51,843 nt of DNA, from NCBI GenBank assembly GCA_031427275.1, contig JANPNB010000298.1, forward strand, positions 1 to 51,843, read 5' to 3'. Position numbers and translations under genes: made by a program. This document shows positions 22,475-32,000 of the stretch, one piece after another. The DNA comes from Alphaproteobacteria bacterium. Lineage in GTDB: Bacteria > Pseudomonadota > Alphaproteobacteria > Caulobacterales > Caulobacteraceae. Below the pieces are notes generated by a model. It was not told the DNA's origin and ran no database searches. It was given only the letters and a program-made list of their open reading frames with translations. Every line of letters starts with the position of its first letter. The stretch's first letter is position 1.

Positions 22475-22963
22475 TCAGCCCTGACCTATCCGTCCGGGCC
22501 CAGGAAGAACCGAGATGAGCTCGATCCTGAATATCAGCGTACTGCCGGGCGGGATCTGGCCAGCACCTTCATTGCCGTAGGCCAGAGCAGGCGGCACATA
22601 GAGGATCCATTCGTCACCAGGCCTCATCAGCTTTAGAGCCTCGATCCACCCTGGGATCAGCGCCGGAAGCGGTAGAGCCGCTGGCATGCCGCGTTCATAG
22701 GAGGAATCAAAAACCTGGCCATTGAGTAGCTTGCCCTCATAATTGACCTTCACCTCATCGGTTGCCTGAGGTCGCATGCCTTCAGGCGGGCCTGAGCGGA
22801 CAATCTTGTACTGAAGACCCGAAGGCAGGGTCTTTACGCCTTCCAGTTTAGCGTTTTTCGCAAGAAAGGCTTTGCCTTCATCCAGATTGGCTGTGCCCGC
22901 GACCTTGCCACATGCGCTTAGCGTTAGAGCGCCAGCTAACCCAAGAAAAAATCGACGGTGCAT
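22475..22963 (-). CDS. FKBP-type peptidyl-prolyl cis-trans isomerase (lipoprotein)
   Basis: Lipobox LSAC; motifs LPSGLQYK, VNYEGKL.NG.VFDSS, IPGW.EAL and IPPGSTLIF.IEL. GGAGG RBS. Confidence 0.93.
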   Translation of the reverse strand: MHRRFFLGLAGALTLSACGKVAGTANLDEGKAFLAKNAKLEGVKTLPSGLQYKIVRSGPPEGMRPQATDEVKVNYEGKLLNGQVFDSSYERGMPAALPLPALIPGWIEALKLMRPGDEWILYVPPALAYGNEGAGQIPPGSTLIFRIELISVLPGPGRIGQG

Positions 22964-22974
22964 TGCGACCTCCA

Positions 22975-23090
22975 CATAGCATGTTCCGATAGGTGGGAAC
23001 CGGTTATCGGATTCAAACATGCTTTAACTCTTTGAATTAGAGCCCAGTTTCTCCTGTCAGACGATTCCGTCTGACGGGAACGGGCTCTAG
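22975..23090. repeat. Short palindromic intergenic repeat (CIR/RIME-like), copy 2
   Basis: Left arm AGCATGTT...AACATGCT with inner CCGATA/TATCGG. Right arm TAGAGCCC...GGGCTCTA with inner GTCAGACG-ATTC-CGTCTGAC. Contains two GANTC sites and ends in CTAG. Confidence 0.85.
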
Positions 23091-24295
23091 ACCGTTCTCG
23101 GCGGATAGCCGCTCGACCTCAGGGCGTCGCGGATTTCCTCCGTGTGCTGGGCGTCCCGGGTTTCAATCATGATATCGAACTCAGCGCCCTTGGCGGGCAC
23201 ATCCAGAGCCAGGCGATTGTGCGCGACTTCCACGATGTTGGCCCCCATCCGCCCGATCACCGCCGACACCGTCGCCAACAGCCCGGGTCGGTCATCGCCG
23301 ATGATACGCAGCGAAACTAGGCGTTGCTCGCGCACCAACTCACGGGTCAGGACTGAGGCCAGCAAGCGGGTGTCGATGTTTCCCCCGGTGATGATCACGC
23401 CGACTTTTTTACCGCGAAACTTGTCGGGATAGGCAAGTAGGGCTGCCAGGGCCGCAGCGCCGGCCCCCTCAGCGACCGTCTTCTCAACATTGCAGAACAG
23501 GGCAACTGCCCGTTCGAAATAGGGCTCCTCGATCAATAACATCTCATCGATCAGCGGTCGCACGATGCCATAGGTCAGCTCACCGACCTGTTTGACAGCG
23601 ATCCCCTCAGCGATCGTCGCGCCGCCAGTGCCAGCGACGCCACTGACGCCGCGCATCTTGGCGGTGAAGGACGGGTACATGGCCGGCTCAACACCAATAA
23701 TCTTCACGCGCGGGTTCAGAGATTTGGCTGCCGTTGCACATCCGGCGATCAAACCCCCGCCACCGACCGGGATCGGCATCACCTCAATGTCTGGTTGGTC
23801 CTCAAACATCTCTAGCGCCACGGTGCCCTGGCCCGCCATCACCTTCAGGTCATTGAATGGGTGAATGAAAGTCAATTCTCGCTCATCACATAGGCGCTGC
23901 GCAATGATGGCGGACTCATCGTAGGACTCGCCCTCCTGCACCACCTCCGCCCCGAAGGCGCGAGTTTGTTGGACCTTCACGAAGGGCGTCGAGCGCGGCA
24001 TAACAATCGTAACCGGGATGCCCAGACGCGCCGCATGATAGGCTAGGCCCTGGCTATGATTGCCTGCGGACGCGGCGATCACGCCCCGCTTGGCTTCGTT
24101 ATCCGATAGCTGCAAAAGCGTGTTGAGGGCCCCGCGTTCCTTGTAGGCTGCCGTAAACTGCAGGTTCTCGAACTTCACCCAGACCTCGGCCCCGGTGATC
24201 TCTGACAAAGTCCGCGAATGGCGCAGCGGCGTGCGCTCTACATGCCCCTTCACCCGCTCGGCGGCCGCGCGGATATCGTCGAGGGTCAGGGTCAT
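23087..24295 (-). CDS. ilvA: Threonine ammonia-lyase with C-terminal ACT domain
   Basis: Motifs KFENLQFTAAYKERGA (PLP Lys), ASAGNH, PVGGGGLIAG, TGGNID and ACT motif DRPGLL. Confidence 0.9.
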   Translation of the reverse strand: MTLTLDDIRAAAERVKGHVERTPLRHSRTLSEITGAEVWVKFENLQFTAAYKERGALNTLLQLSDNEAKRGVIAASAGNHSQGLAYHAARLGIPVTIVMPRSTPFVKVQQTRAFGAEVVQEGESYDESAIIAQRLCDERELTFIHPFNDLKVMAGQGTVALEMFEDQPDIEVMPIPVGGGGLIAGCATAAKSLNPRVKIIGVEPAMYPSFTAKMRGVSGVAGTGGATIAEGIAVKQVGELTYGIVRPLIDEMLLIEEPYFERAVALFCNVEKTVAEGAGAAALAALLAYPDKFRGKKVGVIITGGNIDTRLLASVLTRELVREQRLVSLRIIGDDRPGLLATVSAVIGRMGANIVEVAHNRLALDVPAKGAEFDIMIETRDAQHTEEIRDALRSSGYPPRTV

Positions 24296-24367
24296 GGTTC
24301 AAGCCGAGGTGATAAAGCCGCTACCTCTAACGACGCATAACCCCAACCGCAACGCCAAGTCAGAGGC

Positions 24368-25450
24368 CTAATTCAGACCGCGAATGACATCTAACCGTCG
24401 CATGGCTTTTCCCGGTAGCTCGGAGAACCGGCCCAGGGGTAGCGCTTCGGCCGCAGCGCGAACCCCATAGGCCGCCTCGCGCAACAAACTAACCGGCGAG
24501 GCTAGACCCACAAATCCGTGCGTCACCCACTGGCCTGCATTGGCCAGCCTCCGCTTGAATTGATAATCCCCGGGGCCGAGATCGAGGCGTTGGAACGGGG
24601 TATCGTCCATCCATCGCAGAATATCTTGAAACAACAGTATCCCGGGCGATACCCGATCATATTTGGGGTCGTGGGCGATCAGCCAAGCATGAACCGTACG
24701 CCTGCCGCGCATGTGCAGATGCACGGCAGCCAAGTCATCACCAAAGTGAAGGGTGAACAACACCGCGCCGAAGTCGGGGTCGCGGCTCTCGAACAACTCG
24801 CCGATCAGACGCCGCGTCCAGCCGGCTTTGAAGATGTCGGTCTGGTGGGTGCTCTGAAACTGCGCTGACTTCCATTCTACCAGCTTGTCGAAATCAGCCC
24901 GTGATCTGGAATAGGCGGTGAACCGAACCGCGCCATAGTCTCGTTCTACCTTGCGTCGATTCTTATCCAGGTCCTTGAGAATTCCGCTGCCGGCCTCGCG
25001 GCGCGCGGCTTCATAGGCCGCGTAGCCCTGGGCCATGTCGATCACGTGGACGAAATCGCGACCGCGTGAGAATGGCGCGAACTCGGCCTGGCTCTCAAGC
25101 ATACAAGAGAAATCATATCGCTGGACCCCTGCGGCACGGATCAGGGCCTTTGGGTCGATACTAAGTCCGGCGGCGGCCACCAGACCCTGATAGTCACACA
25201 TCGGAGCACCTACCGGCATAGCCGTTAAGGCCCCGGTTCGCAGCGGCAGGAAGGCAACGTCTTGGCCATTTTCACGTACCACAGCCACACGAAAGTCGTG
25301 GGCATTGGCGCCTTGTGCGCGCTCTACGGCCCGCGCCCAGCCGGGCGAAAGGAAGGGGCTGTCCAGCACGATGTCAGCCGTCTGAAGCTCTGCCCAGCGC
25401 GCCAAACGCGGTGCCGAGAGCTCTCTTGGCCGAAGAACTTCGATTTCCAA
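24368..25450 (-). CDS. CelD/BcsL-type GNAT acyltransferase, probable HfsK orthologue
   Basis: Motifs SPFLSPGW, DYQG, SPGILLF and LDLGPGDYQFKRRL (Acetyltransf_6). 360 aa with a C-terminal helix containing RR at 351-352, as recalled for Caulobacter HfsK. Confidence 0.75.
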   Translation of the reverse strand: MEIEVLRPRELSAPRLARWAELQTADIVLDSPFLSPGWARAVERAQGANAHDFRVAVVRENGQDVAFLPLRTGALTAMPVGAPMCDYQGLVAAAGLSIDPKALIRAAGVQRYDFSCMLESQAEFAPFSRGRDFVHVIDMAQGYAAYEAARREAGSGILKDLDKNRRKVERDYGAVRFTAYSRSRADFDKLVEWKSAQFQSTHQTDIFKAGWTRRLIGELFESRDPDFGAVLFTLHFGDDLAAVHLHMRGRRTVHAWLIAHDPKYDRVSPGILLFQDILRWMDDTPFQRLDLGPGDYQFKRRLANAGQWVTHGFVGLASPVSLLREAAYGVRAAAEALPLGRFSELPGKAMRRLDVIRGLN

Positions 25451-25516
25451 CGCAATGGTCCCGCCGCTTCAATAGCCTATGATCTTAGGACGGAAGTCTT
25501 TCCGCGAGATTGAGGC

Positions 25517-27328
25517 TCAGGCCGGATCAAACTCACTGACCAAATGACCTTGTGAAACCTCGATCAGCTTGGGAACATAGGAGGGTCCCTGTGTCGCGAG
25601 GCGAGACGGCAGGAACCGCAGAGAAGCCTTAGGATCCATCGGGCTCGGCGGTTCGCCGGAAAGCCGGACCCGCTGACGGGTCCGCTCTGTCGTCGGATCA
25701 GGGATCGGCGCAGCAGAAAGCAAGGCCTTGGTGTAGGGATGCCGAGGATCGTCGAACAGATCGCTGCGCTCAGCGCTCTCCATAACGCGCCCCATATAGA
25801 GCACCATGACCCGGTGGCTGATTTCACGAACCACGGCTAGGTCGTGGCTGATGAAGATCATCGCCAACCCCATCTCGCGTTGCAGGTCGATCAAAAGGTC
25901 GATGATCTGGGCGCGGATTGAGACGTCGAGGGCCGAAACCGCCTCATCGCAAATCACCAACTTAGGCTCTAGGATCATGGCTCGACCGATCCCGACCCGT
26001 TGATTTTGCCCGCCGGAAAGCTCGTGGGGGTAGCGGTTGATCAGATCAGCCGCGAGGCCAACGCGGGTCATCATCTTGGCGACGACGCCGTCGCGCGCGT
26101 TGCGGGTCAAGTCGGGACGGAAGACCAGCAGGGGCTCAGCCATCGAGTCGCCAATGGTCGTGCGTGGGTCAAGACTGGCGAGCGGGTCTTGAAAGACAAT
26201 CTGCAGATCACGGCGGGTGGCGCGCAAGGCCTTCTGGTCGACTTGCGTCAGGTCGCGTCCCAGAAACGTCACCGCCCCCGCCGTGGTGGGTACAAGCTGT
26301 AGAACTGCGCGCGCAAGTGTCGACTTGCCACAGCCGCTTTCGCCGACCACGCCCAAGGTCTCGCCTTGGCGAACAGAAAGGCTGACACCGTCGACGGCCC
26401 TTAGCGGTCTAGAGGCTCCGAAGAGCCCATGCCGGATCGGGAACCAAACCTTGATATCCTTGGCCTCGACCACCACCGGCGCGTCGGCTTGGACAGGCCT
26501 TGGGATCGGACGGCCACGGCGGTCATCACGGTCAAGCCGGGGGATCGCCTCAAGGAGCGCTCGTGTATAGGCGGTTTGCGGGTTGGAGAAGACCTGCTCG
26601 ACAGGGCCTTCCTCAACATAAGTCCCCTCCTTCATCACGCAGACCCGGTCGGCCAAGCGAGCGATGACCCCCATATCATGGGTGATTAACACTAAGGCGG
26701 TGCCGGACTCCCGTGTCAGATCGGCCATGAGATCCAAGATTTCTGCTTGGACTGTGACATCCAGAGCCGTGGTCGGTTCGTCAGCAATCAGTAGTTGGGG
26801 CGTGCACGCCATAGCCTGGGCGATCATCACCCTTTGGCGCATGCCACCCGAGAGTTCGTGCGGGTATTGACGCAGTCGGGCCTGGGCATCTGGCATCCGA
26901 ACCTTGTCGAGCCAATGCTTGGCTGCGGCCATCGCGTCGTGATTAGACAGGCCCAAGTGGCGGCGCAGGGGCTCGGCGAGCTGATCGCCGATCCGGACGT
27001 GCGGGGTCAGGGCGGTGAGCGGATCCTGGAAGATCATCGTCATCTTCGAGCCGCGAATCTTGTTCAGGGCCGTGGGCTTCAAGCCCAGCAGCTCCTGACC
27101 ATGAAACCTGGCAGAACCTGAGACGCGACCGTTGGCCGACAATAGTCCCATCACCGACATGAAGGTTTGGCTCTTGCCCGACCCACTCTCGCCAACAACA
27201 CCCAGGGTTTCGCCAGCCGCAATGGACAGCGAAACACTTCGGACCGCGTGAACGACTCCGTCATGGGTTGAGAAGTCCACGGCCAGATTGTCGAGGGCCA
27301 AGACGGGCGGAATGGATGGCTCGACCAA
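25517..27328 (-). CDS. Peptide/nickel ABC transporter ATP-binding protein with two fused ATPase domains
   Basis: Two Walker A motifs (GESGSGKS, GESGCGKS), two YPHELSGG signatures and oligo_HPY tails. Confidence 0.92.
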   Translation of the reverse strand: MVEPSIPPVLALDNLAVDFSTHDGVVHAVRSVSLSIAAGETLGVVGESGSGKSQTFMSVMGLLSANGRVSGSARFHGQELLGLKPTALNKIRGSKMTMIFQDPLTALTPHVRIGDQLAEPLRRHLGLSNHDAMAAAKHWLDKVRMPDAQARLRQYPHELSGGMRQRVMIAQAMACTPQLLIADEPTTALDVTVQAEILDLMADLTRESGTALVLITHDMGVIARLADRVCVMKEGTYVEEGPVEQVFSNPQTAYTRALLEAIPRLDRDDRRGRPIPRPVQADAPVVVEAKDIKVWFPIRHGLFGASRPLRAVDGVSLSVRQGETLGVVGESGCGKSTLARAVLQLVPTTAGAVTFLGRDLTQVDQKALRATRRDLQIVFQDPLASLDPRTTIGDSMAEPLLVFRPDLTRNARDGVVAKMMTRVGLAADLINRYPHELSGGQNQRVGIGRAMILEPKLVICDEAVSALDVSIRAQIIDLLIDLQREMGLAMIFISHDLAVVREISHRVMVLYMGRVMESAERSDLFDDPRHPYTKALLSAAPIPDPTTERTRQRVRLSGEPPSPMDPKASLRFLPSRLATQGPSYVPKLIEVSQGHLVSEFDPA

Positions 27329-27428
27329 GACAACCTCGACACAGCTAAGATTGGTTGACCATAGACTGGTGCCGCATCAAGACGAAAGGGCTCTCCCAAG
27401 TCGCGGGCCTAAGGTGTAGGATCAGATT

Positions 27429-27953
27429 GTGGCTGAAGCGAACACCAAACGACGTCCCGCCCTCTTCCTAGATCGCGACGGCGTGCTGAACGAGGACCCT
27501 GGCTATGTGTATCGGTGGGAGGATTTCCGCTGGATATCCGGGGCCCGGGAAGCCATCGCCGCCTTTAACGCGGCCGGTTGGTGGGTGTTCGTCGTCACCA
27601 ATCAGTCTGGCATAGGGCGCGGCTACTACACCGAGGCCGATGTCATCGCTTTGCACGCCAAGATGTCGGAATCCCTCCAAGAAATAGGCGCTCGGATCGA
27701 CGCCTATTATTATTGCCCTGACCACCCCGACGCTGTGCAAGATCGCTATCGCCACCCCGACCCACCCGACCGAAAGCCAAATCCGGGAATGCTGTTGCGG
27801 GCCATAGCACAGTATCCGGTCGACCTCGACCGATCGCTTCTGGTTGGTGATAAAGCGGGCGATCTTGAGGCTGCGCGGCGGGCCGGGGTTCGGGGATTAA
27901 GATTTGAGGCTGGGGACCTGAGGGAATTCCTCGAGGGCGAGCTCCTGGCCTAA
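27429..27953 (+). CDS. gmhB: D-glycero-D-manno-heptose 1,7-bisphosphate phosphatase (HAD-IIIA)
   Basis: Motifs LFLDRDGVLN, VTNQSGIGRG, YCP.HP, RKPNPGM and VGDK..D. Confidence 0.85.
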   Translation: MAEANTKRRPALFLDRDGVLNEDPGYVYRWEDFRWISGAREAIAAFNAAGWWVFVVTNQSGIGRGYYTEADVIALHAKMSESLQEIGARIDAYYYCPDHPDAVQDRYRHPDPPDRKPNPGMLLRAIAQYPVDLDRSLLVGDKAGDLEAARRAGVRGLRFEAGDLREFLEGELLA

Positions 27954-29065
27954 GGGTTCGCCCACTCAAGGCGGACTTCAGCGCTCTCTTCCTGCGGCCA
28001 GACGGTGGCTCTGAGCGATTCGAAATCCGTCGGCGTCATGAGTTGGCGCAGCGCCCAGACGGCGGCACCGCGCACCAGGGGCGAGGTATCCCGCGATAGG
28101 GTGAGCGCAGTCGGCACCATCGCAGCTTGGCCGCTATTGCCAAGGGCATAGGCGACGTTTCGGATAAACCGGTCCCGGCCAATGCGTTTGATCGGGTTCT
28201 TGGCGAACAGGCGTCTGAACTGCCCATCATCCAGACGGGCCAAGTCCGTTAAGCCGGGCGCACTTAGCTCATCGCGAGCCTTTAGTTTCTGCTCATGCGC
28301 GGTCTGGGCGAACTTGTTCCACGGGCAGGCCGCCAGACAATCGTCACAGCCATAGATGCGGTTGCCGAGCGCCGACCGGAACTGCGGTGGAATTGGGCCT
28401 TTGAGCTCGATGGTCAGATAGGAAATACAACGTCTCGCATCGAGCTGGTACGGGGTCGGGAACGCCTGTGTGGGGCAAATGTCCAGACAGGCCCGACACG
28501 CCCCACAGTGGTCGGCCTCGGGGGCATCAGGCACCAACTCCAGCTGCGTCAGCACAGTGCCGAGAAACAGCCACGATCCAAACTCCCGACTGACCAGGTT
28601 GGTGTGCTTGCCTTGCCACCCGATGCCAGCACGCTGGGCTAGCGGCTTCTCCATCAGGGGTGCTGTATCAACGAAGACCTTGAGGTCCCCACCAAAGCGA
28701 GCGACCATCCAACTGGCAAGCTGCTTGAGGCGTCCCTTGATCAGCTCGTGATAATCATCGCCTTGGGCATAGACGGATATGGCGGCCGCTGACCGATCCT
28801 CTAGAGCGACTCTCGGATCGCTTTCGGGGCCGTAATTCATGCCAAGAACAACAGCTGAATTGGCGTCCGACCATAGAGCTTGAGGATGATGCCGTCTGGC
28901 TGCGGTATCGGCCATCCAGGCCATTTCGCCGTGATACCCTTGACCTAGATATTCGGTAAGGCGCGCGCTGGCAGGCCAAGAGTCCTGGACGGTGGTGAAC
29001 CGACACACATCAAATCCAAGTTCGAGGGCCCGCGCGCGGATCTGCTCAGAAATCGAGATCGTCAT
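27950..29065 (-). CDS. queG: tRNA epoxyqueuosine(34) reductase
   Basis: Motifs DYH, VDTAP.MEK and GWQGKH, plus Fe-S motifs CGACRACLDICP, RCISYLTIE and GCDDCLAACPWN. Confidence 0.96.
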   Translation of the reverse strand: MTISISEQIRARALELGFDVCRFTTVQDSWPASARLTEYLGQGYHGEMAWMADTAARRHHPQALWSDANSAVVLGMNYGPESDPRVALEDRSAAAISVYAQGDDYHELIKGRLKQLASWMVARFGGDLKVFVDTAPLMEKPLAQRAGIGWQGKHTNLVSREFGSWLFLGTVLTQLELVPDAPEADHCGACRACLDICPTQAFPTPYQLDARRCISYLTIELKGPIPPQFRSALGNRIYGCDDCLAACPWNKFAQTAHEQKLKARDELSAPGLTDLARLDDGQFRRLFAKNPIKRIGRDRFIRNVAYALGNSGQAAMVPTALTLSRDTSPLVRGAAVWALRQLMTPTDFESLRATVWPQEESAEVRLEWANP

Positions 29066-29717
29066 AATGAGCCGCCGGTGCCAGACCGGGCCAGCGATCG
29101 GCCAATAGCGGACGGAAGGCGGGCCTGGACTTTAGCTTCATGTACCAAGTCTTGACGCCGGTGAAGTCACTCCAGGGCACGTCGCCGAAATAGTCGATCA
29201 CCGAGAGATGCGCTGCCGCCGCAAAGTCGGCCATCGAGAGCCGCTTGCCTGCCAGCCATTCGCGCTGACCGATTAGACTATCCATGTAGACCATATGGCC
29301 GCGCAAGGCGTCGCGCCCTTGGCGCAAGCTGGCCAAATCCGGCGCGCCTAGCCCCAACAGACGCTTCTCCATCTTTTCGTGTAGCAAGAAACCGCCGACC
29401 TCATAGTCGAATTTGCGGTCAAACCATTGCAACAACCGTCTGGCCTCTGCGCGCTCCGCAGGGTCCCGACCCAAAAGAGGGGGTTCAGGATAGGTTTCCT
29501 CAAGGTGGTCAAGTATGGCCCGGCTCTCGCACAAGACAAGATTGCCGTCAGTCAAGACCGGCGTCAAACCCGACGGGTTTAAGGCCATAAGGTCAGCTGG
29601 GCGTTCCCAGTAGCGCACAGCCTGTTCGGTAAAGGCCAACCGCTTTTCACCCAAGGCCAAGCGCACCTGTCTAGAGGCGGGGTCCAACGGGAAATGATGC
29701 AGGATTCGGGCGGTCAT
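29046..29717 (-). CDS. fzlA: FtsZ-binding GST-family protein FzlA
   Basis: LHHFPLDPASRQVRLALGEK, WYMKLKSRP.FRPLL and the characteristic C-terminus HYDDLDF. Confidence 0.9.
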   Translation of the reverse strand: MTARILHHFPLDPASRQVRLALGEKRLAFTEQAVRYWERPADLMALNPSGLTPVLTDGNLVLCESRAILDHLEETYPEPPLLGRDPAERAEARRLLQWFDRKFDYEVGGFLLHEKMEKRLLGLGAPDLASLRQGRDALRGHMVYMDSLIGQREWLAGKRLSMADFAAAAHLSVIDYFGDVPWSDFTGVKTWYMKLKSRPAFRPLLADRWPGLAPAAHYDDLDF

Positions 29718-29762
29718 TCTGATCGGCGACGAAGGAATTTCTCACTCAGACACGATCACCCA

Positions 29763-29778
29763 TTAAGGGCGTGTTTAC
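29763..29778. promoter_or_regulatory. Putative CtrA box upstream of fzlA
   Basis: TTAA-GGGCGTG-TTTAC, one mismatch from TTAA-N7-TTAAC, about 45 bp upstream of a cell-division gene. Confidence 0.55.
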
Positions 29779-29810
29779 TTTGCTGGGATCATCGCCAGAA
29801 AGCGGCGACT

Positions 29811-30755
29811 TCAGTGAACGTGGGTGCCGCGCATTTCGGCAAATGCACCACCGTGCGGTTCAGCCCGCCCCCGCGGGTCGGCATGGATGATGATGTCGGC
29901 CTGGGGGAAGACGGCCAGGAGCCGGTTTTCGGCGGCCACGATCACCGCGTGGGCCTCTTCCAGGCTCAACTGCGGATCGAGCTCAACATGCATCTGCATG
30001 TGAACATAAGGACCAGAGCTGCGCGTCCGCAGTTGGTGCACGTCGCTGAGCCGAGGATCCTTGGCCACCAGACTAATAATCGTCGCACGAAGTTCATCAG
30101 AAAGCTCGTGATCCATCAGCTGGCCGGCCGCTTCGCGAAACACGCTCACAGCGCCCCATAGAAGCAGCCCGGTGACCCCCAGCGCGGCAACGGCATCGAG
30201 ATTGTTGATGCCCAGCATTGATGAGGCCGCGATCCCGGCCAAAGCGATGATGTTTGAGGCCAGATCGGTGGCATAGTGCGCACGATCGCCGCTCACGGCC
30301 ACCGACTGGGTTTTGCGCAGCACCGAACTTTGAGCCGCCAATAGCAGGCTGGTGAGCACGGTGGAAATGACCATGACGACAATCGCCCAAGACCCGGCGG
30401 TCAGGGTATGGGGGGTCAGCAAATGGCGGATCGCTTCTTGGCCAATTAGCGCCGCAGAAGAAAATACCAAACCCGCCTGGATCAGGCTGGCAAAGGCTTC
30501 AGCTTTTCCGTGTCCGAACCGGTGCTCGGCATCGGGGGGTGCAGCTGCATATCGCACAGCGAAAAAGGTCACGAGCGAGGCCACCAGATCCAGCCCCGAA
30601 TCCGCCATGGACGCTAACAGCGCCACCGACCCTGAGGCCTGCCAAGCCACGGCTTTGATCACCACCAAGACACTGGCCGTCGCCACCGAAAATAGCGTAA
30701 CGCGCCGCGTTAGGGCCGAAGATTCAGCTGGTGTGAGAGGGGGAGGAGGGCTCAT
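29811..30755 (-). CDS. fieF: Cation diffusion facilitator (FieF/YiiP-like)
   Basis: Motifs SMADSGLD, PPDAEHRFGHGKAE, DRAHY..D, HQLRTR.SG and IIHADP. Confidence 0.88.
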   Translation of the reverse strand: MSPPPPLTPAESSALTRRVTLFSVATASVLVVIKAVAWQASGSVALLASMADSGLDLVASLVTFFAVRYAAAPPDAEHRFGHGKAEAFASLIQAGLVFSSAALIGQEAIRHLLTPHTLTAGSWAIVVMVISTVLTSLLLAAQSSVLRKTQSVAVSGDRAHYATDLASNIIALAGIAASSMLGINNLDAVAALGVTGLLLWGAVSVFREAAGQLMDHELSDELRATIISLVAKDPRLSDVHQLRTRSSGPYVHMQMHVELDPQLSLEEAHAVIVAAENRLLAVFPQADIIIHADPRGRAEPHGGAFAEMRGTHVH

Positions 30756-30808
30756 TGCCCCTACTTAAGGGGTGATCGGCCAAGTCCCCAGCGCGAATGA
30801 CTCTCAGC

Positions 30809-31894
30809 TTAGGCCGCTACAGCCGGCATGGGTCCAATATAGCGCGACGCCGGACGGATCAGGCGGCCCCCCGCCAACTGTTCGCGCGCATGCGCCACCC
30901 ACCCCGAGACTCGTCCCATGGCAAAGACACAGGTGAATGCCGAGGGTGGGAAGGCTAGGGATTCCAGGAGCAAGGCTGTGTAGAACTCGACATTAGTCTG
31001 CAGCGAGCGGTCAGGCTTGTGATCCTTAAGGATGGCCAGAGCTGCCGACTCCACCGCTTCGGCAAACGCTAATCGGCCCGGCAAGACGTTGGAGCCCGAC
31101 CCCATCTTGCGCACGGCAAGTTTTAGAGCATCAGCTCTGGGGTCGCGAACCCGGTAGACCCGGTGTCCAAAGCCCATGAGACGGTCACCCCGCGAAAGGG
31201 CACCCTCAATCCAAGCCCGCGCGTTTTCCTTCGTGGCAATGCCGTCCAGCATCTCGATGATCGGACCTGGCGCGCCGCCGTGCAACGGGCCCTTAAGCGC
31301 GCTGATCCCTGCCAGCACGGCCGAGGTGAGCCCTGCCTGGGTCGAGGCCACCACTCGCGCCGCAAAGGTTGACGCATTCAACCCATGATCACAGACCGTG
31401 ACCAGATAGGTGTCGAGGGCGTCGACTTCGGCCTGGGGTGCGGGGGCACCACGCAACATCCGCAAAATATCGGCGGCATGGAAAAGGTTGGGATCGGGGG
31501 CGACGGGGGCAAGTCCGGCTTGGGCGCGGACCACCGCCGCCGTAAAGACTGCCGGCGCGGACACCAGCCTGAGGGCCACCTCTAGATCGTCGCCATCGGC
31601 CAACCGCGCCGTGAGCGCCCGCATGGCCTCAATCGGGGTGCGGTCCAGCAAACCGGTATCCAGAGCCGCGATCTCTGCAAACACCGCAAGGCGGGCTTGC
31701 CCCAACTTGGGTTGCAGATCAGCCGGCAGATCGGTAAAAAAACCCGACCACAACAGGTGCGTAGCGGCCTCAAACCGTGTGCGGCCCGCTAACTCATCCA
31801 GCTCGAAGCCCCGGATGATTAAGCGTCCAGCCTGACCGTCGACATCAGACAACACCGTGTCGGCGGCGACAACGCCTTCCAGTCCATTGGACAT
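30809..31894 (-). CDS. Citrate synthase / methylcitrate synthase family protein
   Basis: Motifs GLEGVVAA.T, DHGLNASTF, KGPLHGGA, MGFGHRVY...DPR, NVEFY and RLIRP. GGAG RBS before ATG 31894. Confidence 0.92.
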   Translation of the reverse strand: MSNGLEGVVAADTVLSDVDGQAGRLIIRGFELDELAGRTRFEAATHLLWSGFFTDLPADLQPKLGQARLAVFAEIAALDTGLLDRTPIEAMRALTARLADGDDLEVALRLVSAPAVFTAAVVRAQAGLAPVAPDPNLFHAADILRMLRGAPAPQAEVDALDTYLVTVCDHGLNASTFAARVVASTQAGLTSAVLAGISALKGPLHGGAPGPIIEMLDGIATKENARAWIEGALSRGDRLMGFGHRVYRVRDPRADALKLAVRKMGSGSNVLPGRLAFAEAVESAALAILKDHKPDRSLQTNVEFYTALLLESLAFPPSAFTCVFAMGRVSGWVAHAREQLAGGRLIRPASRYIGPMPAVAA

Positions 31895-31956
31895 GGCCTT
31901 CTCCGTTTCGTCTTTTGCGGACAAATTCATCCTTGCAGTCGGCGATAATCCTGCCC

Positions 31957-32000
31957 ATTGTACAATCGTCAATCTTGATCAATATAATCAATGTAAATAA
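31957..32000. promoter_or_regulatory. AT-rich divergent promoter/operator between the two citrate synthase paralogues
   Basis: Palindromes ATTGTACAAT (31957-66) and TTGATCAA (31975-82), CAAT repeated at 31963, 31970, 31980 and 31989, and TATAAT at 31983-88. Confidence 0.6.

Noticed and set aside
21802-23090. CRISPR array or composite transposon around ogt and the FKBP gene
   Set aside because: There are only two long palindromic copies about 1.2 kb apart, with no spacer periodicity, no cas genes and no transposase.
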